Below the pieces are notes generated by a model. It did not search any database. It was not told the origin of the DNA and worked only from the letters and a program-made list of their open reading frames with translations. Positions 17,681 to 28,472 of a stretch of DNA of 64,000 nt are shown piece after piece. Where the stretch lies: the NCBI GenBank assembly GCA_913048215.1, contig CAJWXC010000001.1, forward strand, positions 22,747-86,746, given 5' to 3'. Source of the stretch: an uncultured Flavobacteriaceae bacterium (GTDB lineage Bacteria; Bacteroidota; Bacteroidia; Flavobacteriales; Flavobacteriaceae). The translations under genes were made by a program, and so were the position numbers. Each line of letters begins with the position of its first letter. The first letter of the stretch is position 1.

Positions 17681-19363
17681 ATGACAAAGCTAAAATCACA
17701 CACAAGATCTAGAGCTCAAGAAAGTACAGGAGCCATTGAGCGGTTATACATTACCATGAGACACCTCTTTAACAGAGGGTTCTACAAGCCTATGGGCGTC
17801 TCTGGAGAATCTCTTCGCGAGGCGCTGCTCACCCTACGTCCAGAAATTTATGGTGCCATTGCTGAAGAGAAATCTGAGCTGCAAGGCCTTTTGTACGTAA
17901 TAGACAGATTACCCTATGGCATAGAGGAGTGCAGATACATAAACCTCACGAGTGATGAGGGGTATAAAGACTCTCATTTCTTGCCAATTATCCCAGCCAA
18001 AAGAAGAAGAAATTGCTACCGTATTGACCAAGAGCAGATGAATATTGAGGTCACCAGAGGACGCTCAGAAATATATGATATTCTTACCCATCTTACATTT
18101 TTATACATTGAGTCTCACAAAATTATGAGCCAAGTAGTTATCAACGAGGGCAAGGATGTAAACAGAGACTGGAAAAAACTAGAGCATGCAGTCCTTAAAA
18201 AAGGAAAATTAAGCCAAAAAGAAAAAGAAATTGCCCTTACGCATACTGCAAACTTTCTAGGAAGAACCTTTGCTGAGGTAAATGATGTGTATAGTGCTTT
18301 TTCTTGTGCGCAAAACGAGCACCGTTTTTTAAGTATCATTTATCATTTAGGGAAAGGCGCAATAGATGAAATTGTAAAATCAGAAAAAAGAATTATTACC
18401 TTCAGCCCTGTCTTAAGAGAGCGTATTGGGCATCATATTCATGGAGAAAGCTGGGCCTTTAACATCAAAAAAACGCTTGATCAAAAAGGATTACTGGAGC
18501 GCCCCATTCATATTATTAGTGCAAACATGCACAGTGTAATGAATAGTCTATATGCAGAAAAAGCATTGCCTTTGGATGCAAAAAAAGGAGCCATGCATTT
18601 GTATGAGCTACTAAGTGAATCCAGTAGTGAACCACAGCGAGAAAAAACAACAAAGTTGGCCGCCAAACAAGGGATGACTTTTCTTAAAGATAGTAGTGGT
18701 ACAAATATTAACGTCCAAATTTTTGATACCGCAAAACTAAAAGCATTGCCCTATGGTTTGCAAGTATCTGGAAAGCAAACAAAAGACAAGCCTGTTATTA
18801 TTGTTATGGATTATGCCTTTGGTGAACAGGCCTATGAAACCATGGATGAGTTATTAAAACCCTACACTACAAACACTAAAACACAGTTTTTAAACGTTGT
18901 GTCTATTGGTATTATGGGTAAAGCAGGAATTTTAGAGGGAGGAAAAGGCGATATTATGATTCCATCAGCACATGTGTTTGAGGGTACAGCAGATAATTAT
19001 CCTTTTAAAAACAACCTCAAAGTATCTGATTTTGAAAATGATGACATTGCCGTTTGTAAAGGGTCTATGATAAGCGTGCTTGGTACATCACTTCAAAATA
19101 GAGATGTCTTACAGTTTTTCTTCACCTCAACCTGGAATGTTGTAGGACTAGAGATGGAAGGAGCTCACTATCAAAAAGCAATACAGGCGGCTTCAACCAT
19201 TAGAGGAAGTATCAGTAGTGATGTAAAGGTTATGTATGCCTATTATGCCAGTGATAACCCTTTGGAGACTGGAAGCACCCTAGCCTCTGGAGGCCTTGGA
19301 ACTACCGGTGTAAAGCCAACCTATTTGATTACAGAAAAAATGTTAAAATTAATCTTACAATAG
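17681..19363 (+). CDS. Conserved Bacteroidota protein (DUF6909-type) with a nucleoside-phosphorylase-like C-terminus
   Basis: IMGKAGIL, GLEMEG and YYASDNP motifs. Start moved to MTKLKS, 5 nt after the TATCTTTG box. Confidence 0.8.
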   Translation: MTKLKSHTRSRAQESTGAIERLYITMRHLFNRGFYKPMGVSGESLREALLTLRPEIYGAIAEEKSELQGLLYVIDRLPYGIEECRYINLTSDEGYKDSHFLPIIPAKRRRNCYRIDQEQMNIEVTRGRSEIYDILTHLTFLYIESHKIMSQVVINEGKDVNRDWKKLEHAVLKKGKLSQKEKEIALTHTANFLGRTFAEVNDVYSAFSCAQNEHRFLSIIYHLGKGAIDEIVKSEKRIITFSPVLRERIGHHIHGESWAFNIKKTLDQKGLLERPIHIISANMHSVMNSLYAEKALPLDAKKGAMHLYELLSESSSEPQREKTTKLAAKQGMTFLKDSSGTNINVQIFDTAKLKALPYGLQVSGKQTKDKPVIIVMDYAFGEQAYETMDELLKPYTTNTKTQFLNVVSIGIMGKAGILEGGKGDIMIPSAHVFEGTADNYPFKNNLKVSDFENDDIAVCKGSMISVLGTSLQNRDVLQFFFTSTWNVVGLEMEGAHYQKAIQAASTIRGSISSDVKVMYAYYASDNPLETGSTLASGGLGTTGVKPTYLITEKMLKLILQ

Positions 19364-19376
19364 CAGTAAAAAGTAT

Positions 19377-20393
19377 ATGTCAAACAAAGTGTTAGTTACC
19401 GGTGGGGCAGGATTTATTGGATCCAATTATGTTGCATATGTCTTGGAGAACACTACAGATGAAATTTTCGTCTTAGACAAACTCACTTATGCAGGAGATT
19501 TAAAAAATTTGGAAGCTGCAAAAGGCCATGCAAAATATCATTTTATTGAGGGAGATATTTGTGATACGGCTCTGGTAAACAGGCTATTTAAAGAACATCA
19601 ATTTGAGAATGTAGTTCACTTTGCTGCAGAGTCTCATGTAGATAATTCTATTGCAAATCCAGGGGCGTTTATTGCCACAAATATTACAGGAACTTTTAAT
19701 CTTTTACAAGCGGCGTATAAAACCTGGATGGAGGGTCCCAACCTCTTTAAAGAAGGTTGTGAAACCAATCGTTTTTTACATGTTTCTACAGATGAAGTGT
19801 ATGGCACATTAGGCGCCAAAGGCCTGTTCACAGAACAAACTCCCTATGCTCCAAACAGTCCCTACAGCGCCTCTAAAGCCTCAAGTGATTTTATTGTAAG
19901 AAGTTATTATCACACCTATGGTATGGCGGTAGTTACAACCAATTGTTCAAACAACTATGGGCCCAATCAACACAAAGAAAAATTAATCCCAACTATCATT
20001 AGAAAAGCGATAGCTGGAGAGCCTATCCCCATTTATGGAGATGGTAAAAATGTGCGAGATTGGCTTTATGTAAAAGATCATTGCGTAGGGATTAAAAAAG
20101 CCATAGATACCGGACGCCCCGGAGAAACCTATAATATTGGTGGCCGTAACGAGCGAGAAAATGTATACATTGCACATACAATTTGTAATATATTAGACAC
20201 CCTACAGCCTAAAGGATTTTCTTATAAAGAACAAATTACCTTTGTTAGTGACAGGCCCGGGCATGATTTTAGATATGCCATTGATGCCTCTAAAATAGAA
20301 AAAGAATTAGGTTGGAGCGCAGATGAAAATTTTGAGACCGGTATTGAAAAAACAATAGCCTGGTATCTAGAAAACAGCGCGCGATTATTTTAA
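19377..20393 (+). CDS. rfbB: dTDP-glucose 4,6-dehydratase
   Basis: [38 protein letters not shown]. Confidence 0.96.
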   Translation: MSNKVLVTGGAGFIGSNYVAYVLENTTDEIFVLDKLTYAGDLKNLEAAKGHAKYHFIEGDICDTALVNRLFKEHQFENVVHFAAESHVDNSIANPGAFIATNITGTFNLLQAAYKTWMEGPNLFKEGCETNRFLHVSTDEVYGTLGAKGLFTEQTPYAPNSPYSASKASSDFIVRSYYHTYGMAVVTTNCSNNYGPNQHKEKLIPTIIRKAIAGEPIPIYGDGKNVRDWLYVKDHCVGIKKAIDTGRPGETYNIGGRNERENVYIAHTICNILDTLQPKGFSYKEQITFVSDRPGHDFRYAIDASKIEKELGWSADENFETGIEKTIAWYLENSARLF

Positions 20394-20410
20394 CACTTAA
20401 AGAAACCACT

Positions 20411-21268
20411 TTGAAAGGAATCATACTAGCCGGAGGAAGCGGCACCAGATTACACCCACTAACACTTGCCGTTAGCAAGCAGTTAATGCCTGTGTATGAC
20501 AAGCCTATGATTTATTATCCTTTATCTACCTTAATGCTTGCTGGCATTAGAGAGATATTGATTATATCTACCCCTGAAGATTTGCCTTTATTTAAAAAGC
20601 TATTAGGAGATGGAAAAAAGTTGGGTTGTGATTTTCAATACGCTCAACAAGCCCAGCCCAATGGTCTTGCAGAGGCATTTATTATTGGCAAAGAATTTAT
20701 TGGCAAAGACAAGGTAGCGCTAATATTGGGAGATAATATTTTTTACGGCTCAGGACTTAAAAACTTATTACAAGCAAACAATGACCCAAAAGGAGGTATT
20801 GTATATGCATACCACGTGCAAGACCCTCAGAGGTATGGAGTTATTTCCTTTGATAATAATGGGAAGGCCTTATCTATCGAAGAAAAACCCAGCCAGCCAA
20901 AATCAAATTATGCAGTACCCGGCATCTATTTTTATGACAACTCGGTAGTTGATATAGCTGCTAATATAACTCCAAGTGATCGTGGTGAATTAGAAATTAC
21001 GGATATAAATAATGTGTACCTGCAGCAAGGAAATCTTAGCGTAAGTATTTTAGATAAAGGTACCGCGTGGCTAGACACTGGCACCTTTGCCTCTTTAATG
21101 CAAGCCTCTCAATTTGTTGAGGTAATAGAAGAACGCCAAGGACTTAAAATTGGAGCCATAGAAGAAGCTGCGTATGAAATGGGCTATATCACAAAAAATC
21201 AACTTCACGACTTAGCAGCACCTTTACTTAAAAGTGGCTATGGGAAACATTTAATGCAACTAGATTAA
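20411..21268 (+). CDS. rfbA: Glucose-1-phosphate thymidylyltransferase
   Basis: [35 protein letters not shown]; TTG start. Confidence 0.96.
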   Translation: MKGIILAGGSGTRLHPLTLAVSKQLMPVYDKPMIYYPLSTLMLAGIREILIISTPEDLPLFKKLLGDGKKLGCDFQYAQQAQPNGLAEAFIIGKEFIGKDKVALILGDNIFYGSGLKNLLQANNDPKGGIVYAYHVQDPQRYGVISFDNNGKALSIEEKPSQPKSNYAVPGIYFYDNSVVDIAANITPSDRGELEITDINNVYLQQGNLSVSILDKGTAWLDTGTFASLMQASQFVEVIEERQGLKIGAIEEAAYEMGYITKNQLHDLAAPLLKSGYGKHLMQLD

Positions 21269-21269
21269 T

Positions 21270-21815
21270 TTGAAACTTGAAAAAACCAACTTAGAAGATT
21301 GTTTTATTCTCACGCCAAAGGTGTTTGAGGATGAGCGCGGCACTTTCAGCGAAACCTTTAATGTTGAAAATTTTTTTGACCAAACAGGTGTCGCTGTCAC
21401 TTTTGTGCAAGACAACCAGTCTATCTCAAAGTATGGAGTGGTTCGCGGGTTGCATTTTCAGGAAGGTGTACATGGCCAAACAAAATTAGTGCGAGTAGTC
21501 AAAGGAAGCGTTTTGGATGTTGTTGTAGACCTCAGGAAAGGAAGCCCTAGTTTTGGAAAAAGTTATAGTGTTGTGCTCTCTGAAGAAAATAAAAAACAAT
21601 TGTTTATCCCTCGTGGATTTGCTCACGGCTTTAGTGTGTTAGAGGATAATACCGTATTTGCGTACAAGTGCGACAGGTACTATAACAAACAAAGTGAACA
21701 AGGTATTGTCTACAATGACGCAACCTTAGCCATAGATTGGCACCTTAATAGTAATGACATGATTGTCTCAAAAAAAGATCTTGAATTACCTACATTTTTG
21801 GAAATTACAAAATGA
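21270..21815 (+). CDS. rfbC: dTDP-4-dehydrorhamnose 3,5-epimerase
   Basis: DERGTF, FVQDNQS, RGLHFQ, PRGFAHGF; TTG start. Confidence 0.95.
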   Translation: MKLEKTNLEDCFILTPKVFEDERGTFSETFNVENFFDQTGVAVTFVQDNQSISKYGVVRGLHFQEGVHGQTKLVRVVKGSVLDVVVDLRKGSPSFGKSYSVVLSEENKKQLFIPRGFAHGFSVLEDNTVFAYKCDRYYNKQSEQGIVYNDATLAIDWHLNSNDMIVSKKDLELPTFLEITK

Positions 21816-22684
21816 AAAAAATACTAGTCACAGGAGCAAGTGGACAATTGGGACAGTGTTTGAGGCAACAGCTCCAAAACTCTACTAATATTTCATGTTA
21901 TTTTGCAACCAAAGAAGACCTGGACATTACAAATAATGAAGCTGTTAAAGGTTTTTTTAGTGAACACAACTTTGATTATTGTATTAATACAGCGGCCTAT
22001 ACCAATGTAGAGAAAGCAGAGAGTGAACAGAAAATGGCTTTTTTAGTAAACGCAGAAGGGGCGCATAACATAGCAAAAGCATGTAATGAGCACAATGTAG
22101 TATTGCTGCACATATCTACAGATTATGTGTTTGATGGGACTAAGGAAACACCATATCAAGAAAAGGATCCCACAAATCCTTTAAATGTATACGGAGCTTC
22201 AAAATTAAAAGGGGAGCAATACATAAGCACTTCTTGTAGCAAACATTTTATTATACGCACCTCCTGGCTTTATAGTCTGTATGGACATAATTTTTTAAAC
22301 TCCATGCTGCAATTTGCTACACAAAAAAAAGCACTAACCATTACTACACAACAAAAGGGAACTCCCACCAATGCAAATGATGTAGCCCAAATATTAATAA
22401 CTATCATAAAAACAGGGAATACCCGTTATGGAGTATACCATTTTAGTAACCAAGGAGAGGGTACTTGGTATGATTTTGCTAGAGCTATTTTTAAGGCAAC
22501 AGGAGAAATAGACAGTGTAAACCTTGCAAAAACCAAGCATTACCCTACTTTTGCTAAAAGGCCCAACTATAGCGTGCTAAATTGTAACAAGGTACAGGTT
22601 ACTTTTAACAACAAGTGTAGTCATTGGGAAGACAGTTTAAAAGACTTGATACAAAAAACTAATGGTGCTAAAAGCCATCTATAA
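21812..22684 (+). CDS. rfbD: dTDP-4-dehydrorhamnose reductase
   Basis: TGASGQLG, AAYTNV, ISTDYVFDG, YGASKLKGE. Confidence 0.95.
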   Translation: MKKILVTGASGQLGQCLRQQLQNSTNISCYFATKEDLDITNNEAVKGFFSEHNFDYCINTAAYTNVEKAESEQKMAFLVNAEGAHNIAKACNEHNVVLLHISTDYVFDGTKETPYQEKDPTNPLNVYGASKLKGEQYISTSCSKHFIIRTSWLYSLYGHNFLNSMLQFATQKKALTITTQQKGTPTNANDVAQILITIIKTGNTRYGVYHFSNQGEGTWYDFARAIFKATGEIDSVNLAKTKHYPTFAKRPNYSVLNCNKVQVTFNNKCSHWEDSLKDLIQKTNGAKSHL

Positions 22685-22702
22685 TAATTTAATACATAAG
22701 AT

Positions 22703-23731
22703 ATGTCCAGCAATACCAGTAAAAACAACAGTGAAGAATTAGATCTTAGCTTGATTGCAGAAAAAATTAAAGGCATGTATCATTCAGGGTTAATTTCTTT
22801 GTACCAGATTTTTAATTTTTTCGTTAAATCATGGATTATACTTCTTGTTTTAATTATCGTGGGGGCAACCCTGGGATTCATTAGAACAAATGACAACCCA
22901 GCGAGAGAAACAAAACTCTATGTAAGAATCAATGATAATTCTGGAGCAATCGTATATGATGCCTTAAATCAGTTACAATTTAAGATTCAGGAAAAAGATT
23001 CTGTGCTGCTTGAGAAAAAGGGATTTTTCAAAAACAGTGTGTACTACATACATAGTCTAGAAATAGAGCCTTTGGTCAATGTTTTAGAGATCGTAGATGC
23101 TACAGAAACCAACAACAGAAATCTTGAAACTGTTATGGATCAAGCACAGTATGAGGATGAGTTATTAACCTCAGAGGTATTTGTCCCTCAATATAGGTAT
23201 CACAAAATTACTTTAGTTGGTGATTATTGGAGTTCTCAAAAAACAATAGATGCATTAATGTTGTATTTAAATGACAATCCTGTTTTAATAAAACAAACAG
23301 ATCTTATAAAAGAAAGTTTAGCCTTTAGAATAGCGAGAAATTTTGAAAGTATCGCATTTATGGATTCTATTTTTGACACCTATGGGCGTCCAATTAGTGA
23401 ACTAACCAAAGGAACCGCCTCGGAGATCTCTATGGTAGACATAAACGTTACCAATATTCACATGCTTTTTGATCAAAAAGCATTGCTAATGAAGCAAAAT
23501 GAAAAACTTCAATTACAGCTGCTCAATCAAGACAAAACAGTATCACTGATCAACAAACCTATGTTGTCTGTTAAAAAAAGTATTTTAGATGTTAAAATAA
23601 TTACCTACCCTGTTATACTTATTCTTTTGTTTGTGATGGTTTCAATGATGCGCTATTATTTTCAGAAAGCAAAAAACTTGAGTAAGCTAAGAAACAGCTC
23701 AGATACAGAACCTACAGAAAAAATTAATTAA
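22703..23731 (+). CDS. Wzz-like polysaccharide chain-length determinant (putative)
   Basis: EELDL N-terminus, two TM helices flanking a periplasmic coiled-coil region, located in the polysaccharide locus. Confidence 0.6.
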   Translation: MSSNTSKNNSEELDLSLIAEKIKGMYHSGLISLYQIFNFFVKSWIILLVLIIVGATLGFIRTNDNPARETKLYVRINDNSGAIVYDALNQLQFKIQEKDSVLLEKKGFFKNSVYYIHSLEIEPLVNVLEIVDATETNNRNLETVMDQAQYEDELLTSEVFVPQYRYHKITLVGDYWSSQKTIDALMLYLNDNPVLIKQTDLIKESLAFRIARNFESIAFMDSIFDTYGRPISELTKGTASEISMVDINVTNIHMLFDQKALLMKQNEKLQLQLLNQDKTVSLINKPMLSVKKSILDVKIITYPVILILLFVMVSMMRYYFQKAKNLSKLRNSSDTEPTEKIN

Positions 23732-23738
23732 TTTTAAG

Positions 23739-25022
23739 ATGGAAATACGGGCTGCCCTAAAAAAAATTAAAGGGAAAAAAACGACTATTTTATTTGATCA
23801 GGCGTTGTTTTCTCTTTTCAATTTTGGCTCTATTTTCGTGCTTTCTAAAGTAGCAGATGTAGCCGTTTTCAGTGATTTTGTTGTTTTTCAAAGCAATGTT
23901 TTTTTTCTATTTATTTTTTGCACCTTTTTTTTGTCATCCCCAATTCTTGTGCTCTACCCGAAGAAATGGCGTGAACATGAAAAGGAATATTTAAGGGCAT
24001 TGCTATGTTCAAATATTGTATTGAACCTTGTCATAGGTTTGATTTTATTTTTTCTATTGCAACAACAAGGCTTATACGTCTCTTATATTTTTGTGGTAGG
24101 CATCCCTTTTTTAATGATCACATTTGATATTTTTAAAAAATATATGTTTAGTTCAAATAGAATACCTCTTTATCATGCCTGGGTAGCTTCTCTTTTATTA
24201 AATATCGTTTTTTTCTTTTGTATTTTTTACTTCAATTCTAGTCTCACTTTAACAACAATTTTAAGCATTTACTTTTTTAGCTACGCGATAGCTACTTTTT
24301 ATTTACTGTTAATTTTCTTGGCTAAAGGCATATTACGTCTTGGGTTTTTTATCCCGAATCTCAATAAAAACGGACTATTTTTTAATGTGATTAACCATCA
24401 TTTTAAATATTCAAAATGGATTATATTGGGCGGAATTGCCTATTGGGGATATGCCCAAGGACTCTATATTTATGCTAATGAACTAAACACCTCACCCCTA
24501 GGTATTGGAAAAATAAAAACGGTACAAAACTTACTTGGCATCGTAAGTATATTTATAATAACGGTAGAGAATTTTTACACCCCAATGTTTTCAAATTTTA
24601 TCAGATTACATCCTACAAAAAACATAAGTGAAATGGTCAGAAAAGTATATCGAGAAAATTACATAAAGGCCCTTGGCCTTTTGTTAATTGTCCTGGTTTT
24701 TTCTATCCTATTTTATGAAATCCTATACCTTGAAAAATATGGAGAGGCGCTTTTAATTATTAGTATTTATTGCTTTTGTCAATCGTTAATGCTTTTCCTA
24801 AGACCCATAACCATGGCTCTAAAAGCGCAAGAAATAACCCGTCCTTTTTTTATAGGTCATCTTTGGGCTACACTCACAATGTTGGTGGTTGGAAGTCTCT
24901 TAATTGAAACATATGATTATACAGGAATGGCAATTTGTTTTGCATCTGCTGTTGGGGTATTTTCAATCATTATTGTTGGATATTATAAGAAACATAACTC
25001 TGTTAACACAATTGTTAGTTAA
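23739..25022 (+). CDS. Wzx-like polysaccharide flippase
   Basis: Many hydrophobic segments, DQALFS N-terminal motif, locus context. Confidence 0.7.
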   Translation: MEIRAALKKIKGKKTTILFDQALFSLFNFGSIFVLSKVADVAVFSDFVVFQSNVFFLFIFCTFFLSSPILVLYPKKWREHEKEYLRALLCSNIVLNLVIGLILFFLLQQQGLYVSYIFVVGIPFLMITFDIFKKYMFSSNRIPLYHAWVASLLLNIVFFFCIFYFNSSLTLTTILSIYFFSYAIATFYLLLIFLAKGILRLGFFIPNLNKNGLFFNVINHHFKYSKWIILGGIAYWGYAQGLYIYANELNTSPLGIGKIKTVQNLLGIVSIFIITVENFYTPMFSNFIRLHPTKNISEMVRKVYRENYIKALGLLLIVLVFSILFYEILYLEKYGEALLIISIYCFCQSLMLFLRPITMALKAQEITRPFFIGHLWATLTMLVVGSLLIETYDYTGMAICFASAVGVFSIIIVGYYKKHNSVNTIVS

Positions 25023-26428
25023 TGCTAGTGCTTAAAAAAACATATCAAGCTTTTTTTATCCTAGGAGTTTTTTTAATTCCTTTTAATTCTGACATTCCAA
25101 AATGGATGGGTTTTTTGGGAGAATACAGTTCAGATTCTTCTCCCTTATTTTTTATTATTTCTTTTATTTTTTTGTTGGTATACCAATTAAAATCTGGCAA
25201 GATTTACATCCCATACCGCACTGTTGAGTATCAACTTCTACTACTGTTTATTGCTGTTTTGATTTTTGTCACCCTACTAAACATGCACCATATTATTGAT
25301 TATTATTTTAAACAAACTTCTGGAGTGATGCGTTTTGTAAGACAATTGATTGCCTTATTAATCTCTGCAGGGGCTTTCTTTTACACGTTTTTAAACGTAG
25401 GAAAAGATTTTGGGGCGCTTCCATTTTTCTTTCTTTTGAGAAAATTATTCTTCATCAGCTTTGTCTTGGTTTTTTGTTGTGGATTTTTGGAGTTTTTAAT
25501 TGTAAACTTTAATTTAATTCAGCTGCGTCCAGTTTTTGATCTTTTTGATGTATTCCCTTTTGTAAATGCTAGGTTGGACTTTAAGCTTACCCGTGTTTCG
25601 TCTTTAACTTATGAACCCCCTGCCTTGGGAAGTTATTTAATTACTGCTGCTGGTTTTTTATTCTCTTATATCCTTACAGAAAAAAAAATTATCAGGTTTT
25701 TGCCTTTTATCTTATTGGTATTTTTAGCAATTGTCTCTAAGTCAAGAACTGCTTTTGTGGTCATACTTTTACAGACTTTTGTTGGAGTAGTTTTGACATA
25801 TATCTATTATAAAGATTTCAGGAGATACTTTAATATCGCACTAGTTTTTGCAGTTATTGGAATCACTTCAATGACCTTGGTATACAGAGAGCCTATTGCT
25901 GATGCCATAGAAGAGCGCATTTCTTCTTTTGACTTTACAGACACCAAATTTAGTCAAACAAACAATTCAGTTTCCAATAAATCTCGCCTGGGGATACAAA
26001 CGGCAATGATTCAAACCATAAAAGAGTATCCTATCTTTGGAACTGGCTGGGGACAACAAGCCTTTGTATCAAGATACCACTACCCAAATTGGGCATTAAA
26101 AAATAATTATGAATTTACTGCTAGGTATAAAAATCAATTTGATAAGTCGTTCCCTCCTGGGTTTAATCTATATTTAAGAATTGCTGCAGAGGCTGGAGTG
26201 GTAGGCCTAATTTCTTTTTTACTATTTCTATTTGTTATCCTATACAACACAACTGTTTGGTTTAAAAAGGATACCCAAACCAAATTTATACCCACTGTAT
26301 TACTAATTAGTTTTGTTGGATATAGTCTCAATTGGCTACAAATAGACAGTTTTAAACTTTATGGCTTCTGGCTTTGCCTTGCTCTTTTTATCTTATATAA
26401 AAATAGAGCGTTAAACACCCCACAGTAA
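25022..26428 (+). CDS. O-antigen polymerase/ligase (Wzy_C) family protein
   Basis: Polytopic; TYEPP, SKSRTA, PIFGTGWG, NLYLRIAAEAGVVG. Confidence 0.8.
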   Translation: MLVLKKTYQAFFILGVFLIPFNSDIPKWMGFLGEYSSDSSPLFFIISFIFLLVYQLKSGKIYIPYRTVEYQLLLLFIAVLIFVTLLNMHHIIDYYFKQTSGVMRFVRQLIALLISAGAFFYTFLNVGKDFGALPFFFLLRKLFFISFVLVFCCGFLEFLIVNFNLIQLRPVFDLFDVFPFVNARLDFKLTRVSSLTYEPPALGSYLITAAGFLFSYILTEKKIIRFLPFILLVFLAIVSKSRTAFVVILLQTFVGVVLTYIYYKDFRRYFNIALVFAVIGITSMTLVYREPIADAIEERISSFDFTDTKFSQTNNSVSNKSRLGIQTAMIQTIKEYPIFGTGWGQQAFVSRYHYPNWALKNNYEFTARYKNQFDKSFPPGFNLYLRIAAEAGVVGLISFLLFLFVILYNTTVWFKKDTQTKFIPTVLLISFVGYSLNWLQIDSFKLYGFWLCLALFILYKNRALNTPQ

Positions 26429-26435
26429 CCACTTG

Positions 26436-27533
26436 TTACAGGGCTAAGGTTTGTGTGAAATTTAATAGTGATCTGTCAATAGTCTCCTTTATTCTCTTGG
26501 GGGCGGTGTAAGGCATTTCTATATGTTCTATGACCTGTTGGAGTGTTTCTGTTGGAGATATTTCACCATCCATAACACGAAGGCGAGGGTGCTGCCCAAC
26601 GTCATCTAAGAAGTCTGAACATTTTCTATGATATTCAATTAAAACAAAAGGAACACCGGCATAACAAGCAAAAATACTAGCATGTAACCTTGTAGAAATC
26701 ATAAAATCACAGGTAGATATTTCATCCCAGGTGCTTTTAATATTAGGGGTGTATGGATAGGTTTTATATCTTTTTGGATCTACTCCTTCTAACAACTTAT
26801 TGGTAGCATTAGTATCTCCAAAAGAGTTGTTCCCGTTAATAATAAATACCTTTAAATTATAATTTGTTTGTGCTATCAAAAGATCAACAAGCTGTTTAAA
26901 GTAGTCATTTCTTTTGGTCTGTCTTGAGAGATTTCCTCCTGTATACTGCTCATAATTACAAATGCTAATACCAATTGTTTTGGCAGTGGCTTTAGTGCTA
27001 ACCTTAAGAGGTGTATGCTTATACATCATTGGCATAAGCGCTGCCAAATCAAAGGAGTTAACCACTTTTGCCTTAAGATGTAAAGAAGATACATAATCAT
27101 AAGATCGTTGATCTCTCAGGGATATAAAAGTAAGATGTTTTAAATATTTTTGAACTTGTTTCTCATCTGCTATAGATTTAAATGGCCCAACGGAAACCCC
27201 AATAGCACCTAGTTTGAGGTTGTTATATTTAGAAACAATACGACCAACGGCCTTGTTGCTATGAAAAGGAAGTTTACTAAAGGTAGATCCCCCGGCCGAA
27301 ATCATGTAATCTGAGTTTTTTAACTCCCGTAAAAAAGAAATCCTGTCTAATCCTTTACCTTTAGATTCCCTTGCTTTAATTGCTTGAACAGTGGTAGGCA
27401 ATTGCGCTCCAATGAAAACGTTGTTGGTGCAAGACCAGAATTTTTGTGCGCCCCAAGAAGAAACTTCCACAAAAGCATCATCTCCAGCATTCTGAAATCC
27501 ATAAAAACCTTCGTAAGTGATTTTCATATCCAT
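26436..27533 (-). CDS. Polysaccharide pyruvyl transferase family protein
   Basis: GFYGFQNAGDD, AGGS, SLRDQRS and STRLHA motifs. Confidence 0.88.
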   Translation of the reverse strand: MDMKITYEGFYGFQNAGDDAFVEVSSWGAQKFWSCTNNVFIGAQLPTTVQAIKARESKGKGLDRISFLRELKNSDYMISAGGSTFSKLPFHSNKAVGRIVSKYNNLKLGAIGVSVGPFKSIADEKQVQKYLKHLTFISLRDQRSYDYVSSLHLKAKVVNSFDLAALMPMMYKHTPLKVSTKATAKTIGISICNYEQYTGGNLSRQTKRNDYFKQLVDLLIAQTNYNLKVFIINGNNSFGDTNATNKLLEGVDPKRYKTYPYTPNIKSTWDEISTCDFMISTRLHASIFACYAGVPFVLIEYHRKCSDFLDDVGQHPRLRVMDGEISPTETLQQVIEHIEMPYTAPKRIKETIDRSLLNFTQTLAL

Positions 27534-27668
27534 AATTTATGGTAAAGAAAAGAATTTAGAACCATAAATAGTACTTCTTTCCATTTATTTATTTGTTTTC
27601 TAGTGCGTAAAATCATAATGAATCAAATTGGTATATTTACAAAATAAAAAGCTGTAAAGTTCAAATAA

Positions 27669-28472
27669 ATGAGCCAAGAAATTAGTGTCATAATACCGGT
27701 TTACAACTCACAAGACACCATTGAGCTTGCCTTAAAATCTGTCTTAGCACAAACTCGGGGCATTTTTGAGATTATCATAGTTAATGATGGTTCTACAGAT
27801 GCAACCAAAGCTATTATTGAATCATTTGTAGCGCACAATAAAGCACATAAAATAATAGTTTATAATAGAGAGAATTTTGGTGTTTCTGTCAGTAGAAATT
27901 TTGGTTTAAAAAAAGCAAGTAGCCCTTTAATTGCATTTTTAGATAGTGATGATGCTTGGCATCCAGAAAAAATAGCGAAGCAGTTAGCGATTTTAAGTGC
28001 TGATTCATCAATAGATCTTTTGGGTACCAATAGAGATGGCCAAAGTTTTAAAAGGATTTTTAGTTTCAAAATTGGGGAGCTAATGAAAATTTCTCCAAAG
28101 CTGTTGTTATATAAAAACTTTTTCATGACCTCTTCTTTAATTTTTAAGAAGAGTATCATCGATAAAGTAGGGTATTTTAATGAACAAATGAACCACTCAG
28201 AAGACTGGGAATACTGTATAAGAATAGCTCAGCACTTTAATGTTTATTTGTATAACAAAAGCATGGTGCATTCAATTTCTGGTAAGGCAATGTTTGGTGA
28301 ATCTGGATTGAGTTCCAATTTAGTAAAGATGCAGTATGGAGAATTATCAAACCTAAGACTTGGGTATAGATTAAAGACTGTATCTTTTTTTGAGTATTTA
28401 TTTTTAAACCTTTACTCTCTCTTAAAATTTGTAAGAAGGGTATTGATTAGCACTGTAAGAAAACTATCTTAA
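27669..28472 (+). CDS. Glycosyltransferase family 2
   Basis: SVIIPVYN, VNDGSTD, AFLDSDD, SEDWE. Confidence 0.93.
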   Translation: MSQEISVIIPVYNSQDTIELALKSVLAQTRGIFEIIIVNDGSTDATKAIIESFVAHNKAHKIIVYNRENFGVSVSRNFGLKKASSPLIAFLDSDDAWHPEKIAKQLAILSADSSIDLLGTNRDGQSFKRIFSFKIGELMKISPKLLLYKNFFMTSSLIFKKSIIDKVGYFNEQMNHSEDWEYCIRIAQHFNVYLYNKSMVHSISGKAMFGESGLSSNLVKMQYGELSNLRLGYRLKTVSFFEYLFLNLYSLLKFVRRVLISTVRKLS

